DNA of 64,000 nucleotides from an uncultured bacterium (GCA_965369655.1 CBDUQR010000005.1:23735-87734), one strand, 5' to 3'. Shown: positions 39,492-49,966, numbered from the stretch's first letter. Notes: a model not told the origin generated them from the letters alone. A program made the numbers and translations.

Positions 39492-39529
39492 AAAAAGGCG
39501 GCTCTCCGCAGAGCAGAGATACGCCGCCT
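39492..39529 (-). terminator. Terminator after rpmE
   Basis: Minus strand AGGCGGC...GCCGCCTTTTT. Confidence 0.65.
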
Positions 39530-39540
39530 GAATAAACTAT

Positions 39541-39777
39541 CTAAGACTCTTTGTCCGCCTCGGACTTCTTGTCCTTGTCGACCAGATTGTACTTGCGCAT
39601 GTAACGTTCAACCCGACCTGCCGTATCCACCAGTTTCTGTTTGCCGGTGAAGAACGGATGGCAGGCGGAACATATTTCGACCTTGATCTCTTTCATTGTC
39701 GATCGAGTCTCGAAACTGTTCCCGCACGCACATGACACAGTAGCTTTCTGATACTTGGGATGAATTTTCGCCTTCAC
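39541..39777 (-). CDS. rpmE: 50S ribosomal protein L31 (Zn-binding type)
   Basis: [29 protein letters not shown]. Confidence 0.97.
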   Translation of the reverse strand: MKAKIHPKYQKATVSCACGNSFETRSTMKEIKVEICSACHPFFTGKQKLVDTAGRVERYMRKYNLVDKDKKSEADKES

Positions 39778-40048
39778 AAATAACTCCCGAAAAAATTTCA
39801 GTCTAATCTATTTCATTTTCGGCAGAAATCAAGCCTTTTGTGTCCAATCAACTCTAACTTCCGTGCGCAGCTATGGTTCCCGGCAACAGTCGATTATCTC
39901 AAAAACTCTGCGATGTGCGAAGCAATGGCGGAAATCATGGCAGAGAGTGGATATACTGAACAGATATTCAAAGAGCCGGGGCAGTTCCATATCGAGAAAT
40001 TCTGGTAGAGGATCGGCTCAACCGACGATATTCCTGCCGCAATTGACT

Positions 40049-40206
40049 GTCCCTCAGGATCCCCTCGCGGATCGGGGTACAAGAGGACGGGATCGGCGAC
40101 CGAAAAATGGAAGCAATATCTGGCAACAGCTTGCAGAAGATCGCCAGGTCACACCGACGACTCCGTCGCCGCCAAGACCCGGCGAAACTACCTTTTGGGA
40201 CAGCCT
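40049..40206 (-). mobile_element. Left half of a type A MITE ending in a 54-bp variant of the 73-bp element
   Basis: Reverse complement matches 26700-26766 and 26907-26959; the variant lacks the inner TCTCCC...GGGAGA hairpin. Confidence 0.75.
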
Positions 40207-40236
40207 GTGTACCTGACATCCTTGTTGTTTCGTGAG

Positions 40237-40301
40237 CGGCAGAAGTCCTCGCAAAGTCCTGAGTCTCGAAGGGCGAGTCCTGAGCTTCGAAGGGTCTGCC
40301 C
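40237..40301. repeat. REP with tandem GTCCTGAG...GAAGGG micro-units; inverted copy at 44898-44968
   Basis: GTCCTCGCAAAGTCCTGAGTCTCGAAGGGCGAGTCCTGAGCTTCGAAGGGTCTGCCC is the reverse complement (few mismatches) of the 44900-44957 sequence. Confidence 0.75.
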
Positions 40302-40402
40302 GAGTCCCACACCGACAATCGAATTCTCTTGAATTGCTTGATACTATTCCTTTTATTCCCGCTCAGGCAATGAATATGAATTCGATTCATACCCCGAGGT
40401 GA

Positions 40403-42085
40403 ATGATGAGTAACGATCTAAGATACGATATATTCGACCAGAGGCTTGGCTATTACGGCACAAAGAGGTCCGACAATTACACCAGGGACAATATCGTCGA
40501 GTTCAATCAGAGGCACCATTCTGTCCTGGCAAGTTACGGTCTCGAACTGGCGGAGAATACCGTCACGACCATCGACGGCGACATCAACAATCGCTCCAAT
40601 CTCGGCGCGCTCAGGAATCGTCAGATACGCGAGTCAGTAGGGCTTTCAGCCGCACTCTCGGCAATTGCCATTGGACTGCATGGCTACGGTTCTTTCGCCG
40701 CGCTTCCAAAAGAGGAACAGATAACAGAGATGAAGAATCATCTCAAGCGGGCGAATGATCGCACCGCCGCGCAGGTGATGGCGGAAGTTCTCCAGAGAAC
40801 GACCGAGTCGCTTCCAGTGGGAGAGGAAGTCGTCATCGAATCGACAATAACCGAAGGTGTTCGCGTCAAGCCGGGCAAGGAAGCTGGCGGCAATCCGACC
40901 ATCGCCGTTGGTGCACTGTTCGGCAAGGATGAACACCGCGAGGCTTACGGAGTCTCTATGCCGGAGTCGGTCACGCTTTTGTCGATGGGCAATGACGTTA
41001 TCGATGGCACCACCAAGTCAGTCATGGGACAGCATTCCAGCATGACTGCGCTTTTTATTACGGAGTCGGGCGTCAAGCGTCATCTTCCCGACATATATAT
41101 CCAGCGCTGGATGTCAGGCGCCTATTTCAACGAGTTCAATCCGCGCGAGGTCAGCGTGCTCGATGCGGCCGAGTTGATGGCTGATGCCTACGGTATGAAC
41201 AGTCTCGACAAACTCTCGGCCTTCTATCTCGATCGATCTCGTCACCTTCCCGCCATGGACGCTCTCAACAAAGCAGGTGTAGCGACCCCATACGATAAAG
41301 ACGGCGATCTCTTTCCGGCGATTCTACTCGGACTGGATGCTCTGAGATTTCCCGACGGCCGCGGTCTCTCGACAATGATAGGCGAAATAGGGGGGTCGGC
41401 GGAGTGGGCGGTCAGTGTGCTGCCGCTTGTATGGCGCGGCGGTCAGGCATTGGGTATGATGACAAGTCAGGCTGCGCTGACCAGCAAAGGACTCTCTCCC
41501 GAGGAACTCTGGGAGCGTAGGTTCCATTTTACCGAGGAAGAATTCATCCAGATTCAGGACGCGCGTTTCCAGCACAAGCCATACTTCACTATCAAAGACA
41601 TCATCGAGGATCCGTTCGCCGGAGGTATCGCCGCGTTTGGAGCGATTTCGGACAATTTCTACTATCCCGACATGATCGGCGTCTCCAAAGATCCGGAGAA
41701 AAACCAGGTCTCGGCGTGTGTTTTCACGGTCAATTCTCTTGGCGTGATGCAGCTCTGGACCATGACATTCCGGTGCGTGAACGGGTTTGACAGTACGGTC
41801 GAGAGGATGACAACTCCGAAGGCGTCGCTCGAAAACCTCAGCGGCAATGACCTTAAGGCGAAAGTCGATGAGTGGCTGGCCGGCGATGACAGCAGGAAAC
41901 GCTTCCGGACTTTTTTCAACAACGAGTACTATCCGGCGCTCATCCCTGTCCATGACAAGATGGTGCTGCTACACAAGACCATTGATGATCTGATCGCCAG
42001 GCAGGCGCTCGGAGAGATCGATCGCGAGATAACGGCGGTCGTCGAGGAACTTGCCGCCGACTGGTTCATTCACTCGGTCGCATAG
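40403..42085 (+). CDS. Divergent, extended class II fructose-1,6-bisphosphatase (GlpX)-like protein
   Basis: TEG, DVIDGTT (cf. DPLEGT), PDIYIQR (cf. PDMYMEK), LDRSRH (cf. LDRPRH), DGDL and IGGSAE align with GlpX motifs; 560 aa. Confidence 0.7.
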   Translation: MMSNDLRYDIFDQRLGYYGTKRSDNYTRDNIVEFNQRHHSVLASYGLELAENTVTTIDGDINNRSNLGALRNRQIRESVGLSAALSAIAIGLHGYGSFAALPKEEQITEMKNHLKRANDRTAAQVMAEVLQRTTESLPVGEEVVIESTITEGVRVKPGKEAGGNPTIAVGALFGKDEHREAYGVSMPESVTLLSMGNDVIDGTTKSVMGQHSSMTALFITESGVKRHLPDIYIQRWMSGAYFNEFNPREVSVLDAAELMADAYGMNSLDKLSAFYLDRSRHLPAMDALNKAGVATPYDKDGDLFPAILLGLDALRFPDGRGLSTMIGEIGGSAEWAVSVLPLVWRGGQALGMMTSQAALTSKGLSPEELWERRFHFTEEEFIQIQDARFQHKPYFTIKDIIEDPFAGGIAAFGAISDNFYYPDMIGVSKDPEKNQVSACVFTVNSLGVMQLWTMTFRCVNGFDSTVERMTTPKASLENLSGNDLKAKVDEWLAGDDSRKRFRTFFNNEYYPALIPVHDKMVLLHKTIDDLIARQALGEIDREITAVVEELAADWFIHSVA

Positions 42086-42217
42086 CCCCAGTTCTCTTGC
42101 CGGTGATCAGGTTCCACGTATCGTCTTGACAGACCAGCATGCTTTGCTATTATAGCGTCAACAAATCGATCAGGATGCGCTAACAATACGCTTCTTAGTA
42201 CATTGGAGGTCAGTCAG

Positions 42218-43837
42218 ATGGGAAACTTCAGAATTCCATACCCGAATAACGAGCCGATCTACAGCTATGCCCCCGGGACGCCGGAACGCGCTAAACTCGA
42301 AGAGGCTTTGAGTGAACTAAAATCTCATCAGCTCGATGCGCCGATGGTGATAAATGGCGAGGAAATCCGTGTCGGCAAACCGAAAAAGATCACCGCCCCG
42401 CACGATCACAGCCTGGTGCTCGGCCAGTGTTATCAGGGAGGAGCAACGGAAGTCGAGGCCGCTGTAAAATCCGCCATGCAGGCGAAGAGCAAATGGGCTG
42501 GTCTTCCCGCATGGCAGCGAGCATCGGTATTCCTGAAAGCCGCCGATCTGCTCGCCGGACCGTATCGATACAAGATGAATGCCGCGACGATGCTTGCGCA
42601 TTCCAAGAGTGCATTCCAGGCAGAGATCGATTGCGTTTGCGAACTGGTTGATTTCTTCCGGTTCAACGCCTATTACATGCAGATGATCTATGACCAGCAG
42701 CCGGGCAATCAGCCGACGATGTGGAATCGTGTCGACTATCGCCCGCTGGAGGGATTCGTCTTCGCGGTGACACCGTTCAACTTCGTATCCATCGCTGGCA
42801 ATTTGCCGTCAGCACCGGCGATAATGGGCAATACATCTGTCTGGAAACCAGCATCATCGGTAGTATACACAGCTTATCTGATCATGCAGATATTCAAAGA
42901 CGCGGGCCTTCCCGATGGAGTGATCAACATGGTAACCGCACGGGGCGCCGACATCGGCGAACTGGTCCTCAAGAACCCGGACCTCGGCGGAATCCATTTC
43001 ACCGGCAGCACCGTGGTTTTTCAGTCCATGTGGAGAACTATCGGAGAGAATATCGCCAGCTACAAGTCATACCCGAGAATCGTGGGTGAGACAGGCGGTA
43101 AAGACTTCATCTTTGTTCACAATTCGTCAGATATGATGGAAGTCGTTACGGCGCTGGTTCGCGGAGCGTATGAATACCAGGGGCAAAAATGCTCAGCGGC
43201 ATCGCGCGCTTACATCCCGAAATCGATGTGGCCCAAGCTCAAGGATGCGCTGACTGCTATGATTGGCGATCTCAAGATGGGTGATCCGTGCGACTTCAGC
43301 AACTTCGTGAACGCCATAATCGACAAGTCGGCATACGACAGCATTGTCGAGTACATAGACTATGCGAAAAACTCAAGCGACTGCGAAATCCTTATCGGGG
43401 GCGGCTACGACGACTCGAAAGGTTACTACATCGAACCTACCGCCGTGCTTGCCAACGATCCACATTTCAGGCTGATGGAGGAAGAAATATTTGGACCGGT
43501 GCTGACTATCTACGTATATGACGACGACAAGTTCACCGAAACACTGCATATATGTGATGAGACGTCGCCTTATGCGCTGACCGGCGCTATCTTCTCAAGA
43601 GACAGATCGGCCATTGCGGAGGCGATGCAGATTCTCCGCCATGCCGCCGGCAATTTCTATATCAACGACAAGCCGACCGGAGCGGTCGTGGGACAGCAGC
43701 CATTCGGTGGTGCGCGAGCTTCGGGAACGAACGACAAGGCCGGAAGCTATCTGAATCTCATTCGCTGGGCATCGCCGCAGACAATAAAAGAGACTCTTCT
43801 TCCGCCGAAGGACTACAAGTACCCGTATATGGGTTAG
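42218..43837 (+). CDS. pruA: L-glutamate gamma-semialdehyde (P5C) dehydrogenase
   Basis: NEP..YAPG.PER, PFNF, FTGST, GETGGKDF, EYQGQKCSA, EEIFGP, QPFGGARASGTNDKAG; ATG after GGAGG; TTGACA..TATTAT upstream (42126-42153). Confidence 0.96.
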   Translation: MGNFRIPYPNNEPIYSYAPGTPERAKLEEALSELKSHQLDAPMVINGEEIRVGKPKKITAPHDHSLVLGQCYQGGATEVEAAVKSAMQAKSKWAGLPAWQRASVFLKAADLLAGPYRYKMNAATMLAHSKSAFQAEIDCVCELVDFFRFNAYYMQMIYDQQPGNQPTMWNRVDYRPLEGFVFAVTPFNFVSIAGNLPSAPAIMGNTSVWKPASSVVYTAYLIMQIFKDAGLPDGVINMVTARGADIGELVLKNPDLGGIHFTGSTVVFQSMWRTIGENIASYKSYPRIVGETGGKDFIFVHNSSDMMEVVTALVRGAYEYQGQKCSAASRAYIPKSMWPKLKDALTAMIGDLKMGDPCDFSNFVNAIIDKSAYDSIVEYIDYAKNSSDCEILIGGGYDDSKGYYIEPTAVLANDPHFRLMEEEIFGPVLTIYVYDDDKFTETLHICDETSPYALTGAIFSRDRSAIAEAMQILRHAAGNFYINDKPTGAVVGQQPFGGARASGTNDKAGSYLNLIRWASPQTIKETLLPPKDYKYPYMG

Positions 43838-43841
43838 AGCT

Positions 43842-44486
43842 ATGGTTATTCACAAGACTACATGTCGAAAGGCGCTTGCAGCATCAATGTTTCTTGCATG
43901 CTTCGTTCTGGCGTCGATGTCCTGCAGCGATGATGAGAATCCTGTCAACGGGGATTCGAGGTATCTCGAACTCGTATGGAAAATGACAGAGTACGATATT
44001 ACAGTCGATACGCTGGCGGGAACCAACGAAATCATGCCACTCAGCGTCGATGCCTTCTGGAAAGGATCGTTCGAGCAGTACGATCAATCGGGCAATGTCA
44101 TCGAGGATGGAATTTTCTCGATTCTTGTCGAGCGGGATACCGCTATCGACAATCAAGCCTGGTACATTCTGGCCGGTACGGAGAATCTGTTTTCCGATAG
44201 GGAGGATGGTCTTTGGGCCATGTATGGTTATGCGGATGGACGGACGCTTCAGGATCCTGTATTGCACTCCAAATTCCCGGCGGTGGTTGGCGACACATAC
44301 CAGTCGGGCGATACACTTGTAGCCACTGTGACAGTTCTCTCGACAGACACTCTCATCACAGTTCCCGGCGGAGAGTATCATTGCTATCTCTACGAATGGG
44401 ATCGCCCCGACAAGAAACGGATCGACCGCTATTTCCTTGCGCCAAACTTCGGATGGGTCATGTATGAGTTCTATGCGCTGAAATAG
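43842..44486 (+). CDS. Hypothetical lipoprotein
   Basis: Lipobox-like SMSC followed by SDDENPV; ITVPGGEY.C...Y.APNFG.V C-terminal motif. Confidence 0.65.
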   Translation: MVIHKTTCRKALAASMFLACFVLASMSCSDDENPVNGDSRYLELVWKMTEYDITVDTLAGTNEIMPLSVDAFWKGSFEQYDQSGNVIEDGIFSILVERDTAIDNQAWYILAGTENLFSDREDGLWAMYGYADGRTLQDPVLHSKFPAVVGDTYQSGDTLVATVTVLSTDTLITVPGGEYHCYLYEWDRPDKKRIDRYFLAPNFGWVMYEFYALK

Positions 44487-44519
44487 GCGTTACGGATCAC
44501 GTGACTTATGAATCTTTCC

Positions 44520-44731
44520 GTCATTGCGAGCGACCGCCGGTCGCCGATCCCGTCATTGACCCCGATCTTCTCCCTCCGGGATCCCGTGGGAGAGGGGATC
44601 CCCGAGGGACAGGGAGCGTGACAATCTCATGTTGGGCATCACATTTCATGAACTGAGATCACCACGTCGCTATCGCTCCTCGTGATGACGACAATACAGA
44701 CCCGCCCCCAAATGGGTTTTTCAACAAGCCC
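44520..44731. mobile_element. Second type B composite (RPE pair + 73-bp element at 44538-44610 + right TIR)
   Basis: Colinear with 28932-29165; ends TTTTTCAACAAGCCC. Confidence 0.75.
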
Positions 44732-44771
44732 TTTCACCGGAGTGACATAAACCGTGCCCGACAGATGTCCA

Positions 44772-44869
44772 GAGGTTGTCCCATAAGTGCTGATTGACTT
44801 GAGCGGGAATGACCTCGCTTTCTTTCGCAAGCATGAACACCAACCTATCAGACCTTTTGGGACAGCCTC
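44772..44869. mobile_element. 98-bp type A MITE with 4-bp TSD in a REP loop
   Basis: GAGGTTGTCCCATAAG / CTTTTGGGACAGCCTC TIRs; TCCA on both sides; removing it restores CAGATG-TCCA-CATCTG. Confidence 0.8.
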
Positions 44870-45084
44870 TCCACATCTGCCGATATCAACGCTGGATGGG
44901 GCAGACCTTTCGAAGCTCAGGACTCGCCCTTCAGGGCTCAGGACTTTGCGAGGACATCTGCCGCCCACAGTATGCCGCATTCCACGGAGAGATGGCAAAC
45001 AGCTTGCGGCGGATGCTGTCGTTGTGTATACTTATAAGTTCAATTGTACCGTCTGCCGGGCGGTAATGTGGGGATTCTGAAGCT

Positions 45085-45849
45085 GTGGAACTGACTGAGC
45101 ATGCTGGTGCGAATCTGATGACCGCTGTCGTGTCTGACCGGATCGATATTCCATCGAAGTCCGAGTCGCCGGAGATGTTCGACAAAATATCGAGGCGTTA
45201 CGATCTGCTCAATCACCTGCTTTCGTTCGGGCAAGACATCATCTGGCGAAGGAAAGTCGCGAGTCTGATAGCAAAGTACCCGCATGATCGTGTCCTCGAT
45301 CTGGCCTGCGGAACATGCGATCTGCTGCTTGCGGCATCGGAATTCAACGACGACATCACACTCTGTATCGGGATCGATGCGTCCGACAATATGCTTCGGA
45401 TCGGTGACAGGAAAATCCGCAGTCGCGGTTTGTCCCGGACATTCAATCTGATCGGCGGCGATGGCATGGAGTTGCCGCTTGCCGATGGTTCCGTCGATTT
45501 CTCAATGATTTCATTCGGCATCAGGAATATGCTCGATCCTCAGAGGACTCTCGATGAACTCTGCAGGGTCACCGGAGACGGCGGGACGCTGGCGGTCCTC
45601 GAATTCTCGATTCCTGACAGGCAGCCGTTTGCATCGATTTACATGTTCTATTTCAGGCGAATACTGCCATTTCTCGGCGGGCTTATCTCCGGCGATCGCT
45701 ATGCATACAGCTATCTCAATAAGACTGTCGAAACCTTTGCCTATGGCGAAAAGTTCTGCGAAATGATGAAAACGGCAGGATTCGCATCGGTGGAAATGTT
45801 TCCGCTGACGATGGGCGTCGCCACCGTATACCTTGGCCACAAGAGATGA
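45085..45849 (+). CDS. ubiE: Demethylmenaquinone methyltransferase
   Basis: MFD.I..RYDLLNHLLSFG.D..WR, LDLACGT, ISFGIRN, LEFS; exact start uncertain. Confidence 0.93.
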   Translation: MELTEHAGANLMTAVVSDRIDIPSKSESPEMFDKISRRYDLLNHLLSFGQDIIWRRKVASLIAKYPHDRVLDLACGTCDLLLAASEFNDDITLCIGIDASDNMLRIGDRKIRSRGLSRTFNLIGGDGMELPLADGSVDFSMISFGIRNMLDPQRTLDELCRVTGDGGTLAVLEFSIPDRQPFASIYMFYFRRILPFLGGLISGDRYAYSYLNKTVETFAYGEKFCEMMKTAGFASVEMFPLTMGVATVYLGHKR

Positions 45850-46802
45850 TCTACTCGTTTGAAAAATCTGATCCTGCGAAGAACAGATTCATCGAAGAAC
45901 TGACAGCGGGCGACGTCGACTTCGAGGTGGTAGATCACGACCGATCGGTCGTGCGTATCCTGGGGAGTGTCGGCGATGGATGCGGAGCCGAGCTTGACAG
46001 AATCTACGAAGGCAGGCGCAAGCTGACGATTGCAAAACGTGAATCGAGTGATCTAATCTCAGATTTCCGTGATCCCGACTCGATCACAGTCATAGCAGGA
46101 CCCTGCTCAGTCGAATCGGAGCAACAGATCGAGGCGGTCGTATCGTTTCTGACATCGGTCGGTGTCAGGTATATCCGGGGCGGGGCATACAAGCCACGAA
46201 CCTCGGCGTCATCATTCCAAGGCATGGGGAGGACCGGCCTGAGAATCATTTGCGACTGCGCTCGGACGGCTGGACTTAAGGTTGTCTCTGAGGTCATGGA
46301 CAGGTCGCAAATCGACACACTTCTCGAATATGCGGATATCATTCAGGTCGGATCGAGGAACATGTTCAATTATACGTTAACTACTGCTCTCGGTTCTGTC
46401 GACAGGCCTGTCCTGCTCAAGCGCGGTATGGCGGCGACTGTCGACGAATGGCTCAAGGCAGCCGACTATATCTCCCGCGGCGGCAACGATTCTGTGATCC
46501 TGTGCGAACGCGGTATCAGGACATTCGAGCCGCGAACAAGGAACACGCTCGACATTGCGGCGATACACATAGCAAAAGAGCAATCAGGGTTCCCGGTCAT
46601 CGCCGACCCATCCCACGCCGCAGGTAATAGCGATCTGGTAGCCCCGCTTGCGATGGCCGCAGCCGCAGCCGGCGCAGATGGCATAATGGTAGAGATTCAT
46701 CCGCGGCCAGAGAAAGCTCTCTCCGACAGAAACCAGGCTCTTCGTTTCGACCAGTTCGAGCGGCTTCTCGCCCGGCTCGCAGAGCTTAGATCGATCCGAT
46801 AG
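45846..46802 (+). CDS. aroF: DAHP synthase (class I-beta)
   Basis: IAGPCSVES, RGGAYKPRTS, QVGSRNM, LLKRG, LCERGIRTFE, DPSH. Confidence 0.93.
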   Translation: MIYSFEKSDPAKNRFIEELTAGDVDFEVVDHDRSVVRILGSVGDGCGAELDRIYEGRRKLTIAKRESSDLISDFRDPDSITVIAGPCSVESEQQIEAVVSFLTSVGVRYIRGGAYKPRTSASSFQGMGRTGLRIICDCARTAGLKVVSEVMDRSQIDTLLEYADIIQVGSRNMFNYTLTTALGSVDRPVLLKRGMAATVDEWLKAADYISRGGNDSVILCERGIRTFEPRTRNTLDIAAIHIAKEQSGFPVIADPSHAAGNSDLVAPLAMAAAAAGADGIMVEIHPRPEKALSDRNQALRFDQFERLLARLAELRSIR

Positions 46803-46813
46803 TCATTCCAGGA

Positions 46814-48220
46814 GTGCAAATGCACATCGATTTCCAGACTCTGTTCAACAATGAGAAAGAGCGGATTTCAACATCGTTGCGCGATCGCGTACGGGTGCTG
46901 CAGGATCGACTGAGTAATGACATACGCGAGCTTCCGATCATAGCTTCGATCAGGATAGACGACATCGATCCGGTCCGATGGCTAAGTGCTCAGAGCACAT
47001 CGCCGCGTGCTTACTGGTCCGCGCGGGATGGCGATCTGGAGTTGGCGGGATGCGGATCGGCGATCCGGATAGATTCAAACTCCACAGGTTCAATCGACGC
47101 TGCGTGTCGCCGGATCGACAATATTCTTGCGCTCTGTGATGATGAAACTATGCGATTCTTCGGAGGCCGATGCTTTGACGAGCAGGCGAAACGGGATGAA
47201 TTGTGGTCTGACTTCCATGACGCCTGGTTTGTGATTCCTCGCGTCTCTGTTCAATCCGAAAATGGCTCGACATATCTCGTGTCGGCGTCTGTCGTCAACA
47301 GAGAAACCACCGTCGATCATCTGACGTCAGAGTTCGAGACGGCTATCGCAAACATCAACAACACAACCAGTAGCAATCAGCATTTGGAGTTGTTGCGGCG
47401 GGAGGATTCGCCTGATTCTTCCGGCTGGAGTGATCGTGTCGGGAATGTTCTCGGCATGATAGGACGCGGTGAGATAGATAAAGCTGTGCTCGCGAGGCGA
47501 TCTGACTTGATCTGCTCTGCTGAAATCGACCCTGTCGAGTACTTGTCGGAATTGATATCCGCGAACGACAAATGCTACGCATTCATGATCGAGCCGACCC
47601 GCGGTTCGGCGTTTCTCGGAGTATCGCCCGAGAGACTGTTCAAGATCGACGATGATTTACTATTAGGTGAAGCCGTTTCAGGTACTGTGCCGAGGGGTGA
47701 GAGTGAGTACGAAGATCGCGAGAATGCAAAGTGGCTTTTGTCAAGTGAGAAAAACTGGCACGAGCATTCTCTTGTCGAGATGGATTTGCTCAAGATGTTT
47801 GAGAACTTGTGCAGATCGAGTGCTGGGTTGTCCGAACGATCTCTTCTGAAGTTGAGCAATGTTTCGCATCTCTATTCGTGGGTGGAAGGCAGACTTCGGA
47901 CGGGGATCGAGATTTCGGATATCATTCGCACGTTGCATCCAACACCCGCGGTCGGCGGCTCTCCACGTGATCGGGCTATGCGCGCTATCCGCACTCTCGA
48001 ACCGTTCAGCAGGGGGTGGTATGCTGCGCCAATCGGTGTGTTCGGGAAAAGTAACTCGGATGTCGCTGTCGCAATCAGATCTGCGTTCGTATCGGGAAAC
48101 ACTGTTTCTGTCTTTGCGGGCGCGGGTATAGTTGCAGGTTCAGAGTCAATGTCCGAATGGCAGGAACTGGAGCACAAGATATCGCTTGCCCTGAGACTGT
48201 TCGATGGAGTTCTGGTTTGA
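46814..48220 (+). CDS. menF: Isochorismate synthase
   Basis: KAVLAR, SPERL, EKN..EH, LHPTPAVGG, RGWYA, AIRSA, AGAGIV.GS. Confidence 0.9.
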   Translation: MQMHIDFQTLFNNEKERISTSLRDRVRVLQDRLSNDIRELPIIASIRIDDIDPVRWLSAQSTSPRAYWSARDGDLELAGCGSAIRIDSNSTGSIDAACRRIDNILALCDDETMRFFGGRCFDEQAKRDELWSDFHDAWFVIPRVSVQSENGSTYLVSASVVNRETTVDHLTSEFETAIANINNTTSSNQHLELLRREDSPDSSGWSDRVGNVLGMIGRGEIDKAVLARRSDLICSAEIDPVEYLSELISANDKCYAFMIEPTRGSAFLGVSPERLFKIDDDLLLGEAVSGTVPRGESEYEDRENAKWLLSSEKNWHEHSLVEMDLLKMFENLCRSSAGLSERSLLKLSNVSHLYSWVEGRLRTGIEISDIIRTLHPTPAVGGSPRDRAMRAIRTLEPFSRGWYAAPIGVFGKSNSDVAVAIRSAFVSGNTVSVFAGAGIVAGSESMSEWQELEHKISLALRLFDGVLV

Positions 48221-49965
48221 TATCTTCAAATCGCTGGTCCGATCTCATCATTGAGGAACTCGTTCGCAACGGCGTAACGACAATCTGCATCTCGCCCGGA
48301 ATGCGGAACACTTCTCTCGTGATCTCCGCCGCGGAGAATCCTCGAATGAATATCATAGTCCACACCGACGAGCGAGGAGCCGCATTCTATGCAGTCGGCC
48401 GTGCCAAAGCGACACGGAATCCGGTCGCGCTGATTTGCACATCGGGCACTGCGGCTGCCAATTACCTTCCCGCAGTCGTCGAGGCGTCGTATTCCTGTAC
48501 CCCATTGATTGTGCTGACGGCTGATCGCCCTGTGGAACTTCAGGACACCGGCTCGAACCAGACAATCGATCAGGCAAATATCTACGCGAGATTCGTCCGC
48601 TTCAATTTCGATCTGCCTGCGCCGTCTGATGATACTTTGCCTGAGTTCGTTCTGACTACGATCGATCAGGCTGTCTACAGATCGCGCCGGAGTCCATCAG
48701 GTCCTGTGCATATCAATTGCCGATTCGCTGAGCCGTTGACCCTGCATAACGACGATTCGATCACCGAAGAGACCAGCCGCAGGCTGCGACACTGGAAGGA
48801 AAGTGACACTCCGTATACAACATACAATTTGTCTCGCTCGGTACCGGATGAGAGCCTGCTCGATAATGTGAGATCGCGCCTGGTATCATCTAAGAGCGGC
48901 ATGATAGTGGTAGGCGGACTGTCATCGTCGGATGATACCGATTGCATTCACGAGCTGGCGGCGAACCTGAGAATGCCGCTTGTTGCGTGTGTATCGTCGG
49001 GTATGAGATTCGGGCGTGAGAGATATGACGGCCTCATCACATGCCACGATCTGTTCCTGCGATGCTCCGGCTTTGTCGAACGGTACAGTCCGGATTTCAT
49101 ATTGCATCTTGGCGGACCTGTCGTCTCCAAACATCTGATGGAGTACATCTGCGAATCGCGCGCCGACTATGTTGTCGTCAACGATACGCCGTTCAGGCAG
49201 GACCCGGTTCACTCCGTGACAATGAGAATAGAGGCGAATCCGGCAGATTTCTGTCACTCTATCGCTGATATCAAGACTGCGAAACAGTCTGAGTTACTTA
49301 CGCCGTTCATCTCTGCGGACAAATTGTGCCAAGACCTGGTTTCTGAGTTGCATGTTGCACCTGAGTTCTCTAACGAGCTTCAGATTGTGAGCGCTGTATT
49401 GGACAGCCTGCCTGATCGATGCGGACTGTTTCTGGCGAATAGTATGCCGATCAGAGATGCCGACGCATGCGGACTTGTGTCGAACCGATCCGTAGTTGTT
49501 GCGGTCAATCGCGGAGCGAGCGGGATAGATGGTAATATAGCGACCGCGGCGGGTTTCGCGGCCGGTGCCGGCAGACCGACTGTCGCCCTTGTTGGCGACC
49601 TGGCATTTCTGCACGACCTGAATTCGCTCTCTCTGATCAGCAGATCGAAGGTTCCAATCACGGTCGTTGTCATCAACAACAATGGCGGCGGCATATTCTC
49701 GATGCTGCCCGTTTCTGAATACGACATTCATTTCGAGAAACTCTTTGGAACGCCGCACGATCTGACTTTCAAGAAAGCAGCCAAGCTGTTCGATCTCGAG
49801 TATTTCAAACCGGATTCGCCGGCTGATCTTCGCGAATGCTGCAACGATTCGTTCGCTTCCGGGCGAAGTGCGGTTATTGAAGTATGTACCGACAGGCGGA
49901 CGAATGCGTCGGAACACAGGAAACTACTCGCGAGAGTTAAGTCAGAGATCGACAGGCTGACCTGA
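48217..49965 (+). CDS. menD: SEPHCHC synthase
   Basis: ISPG.RN, DERGAAFYAVG, CTSGTA, TADRP, NSMPIRD, NRGASGIDG, GDLAFLHDLN..NNGGGIF; TTG start overlapping the menF stop. Confidence 0.96.
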   Translation: MISSNRWSDLIIEELVRNGVTTICISPGMRNTSLVISAAENPRMNIIVHTDERGAAFYAVGRAKATRNPVALICTSGTAAANYLPAVVEASYSCTPLIVLTADRPVELQDTGSNQTIDQANIYARFVRFNFDLPAPSDDTLPEFVLTTIDQAVYRSRRSPSGPVHINCRFAEPLTLHNDDSITEETSRRLRHWKESDTPYTTYNLSRSVPDESLLDNVRSRLVSSKSGMIVVGGLSSSDDTDCIHELAANLRMPLVACVSSGMRFGRERYDGLITCHDLFLRCSGFVERYSPDFILHLGGPVVSKHLMEYICESRADYVVVNDTPFRQDPVHSVTMRIEANPADFCHSIADIKTAKQSELLTPFISADKLCQDLVSELHVAPEFSNELQIVSAVLDSLPDRCGLFLANSMPIRDADACGLVSNRSVVVAVNRGASGIDGNIATAAGFAAGAGRPTVALVGDLAFLHDLNSLSLISRSKVPITVVVINNNGGGIFSMLPVSEYDIHFEKLFGTPHDLTFKKAAKLFDLEYFKPDSPADLRECCNDSFASGRSAVIEVCTDRRTNASEHRKLLARVKSEIDRLT

Positions 49966-49966
49966 C

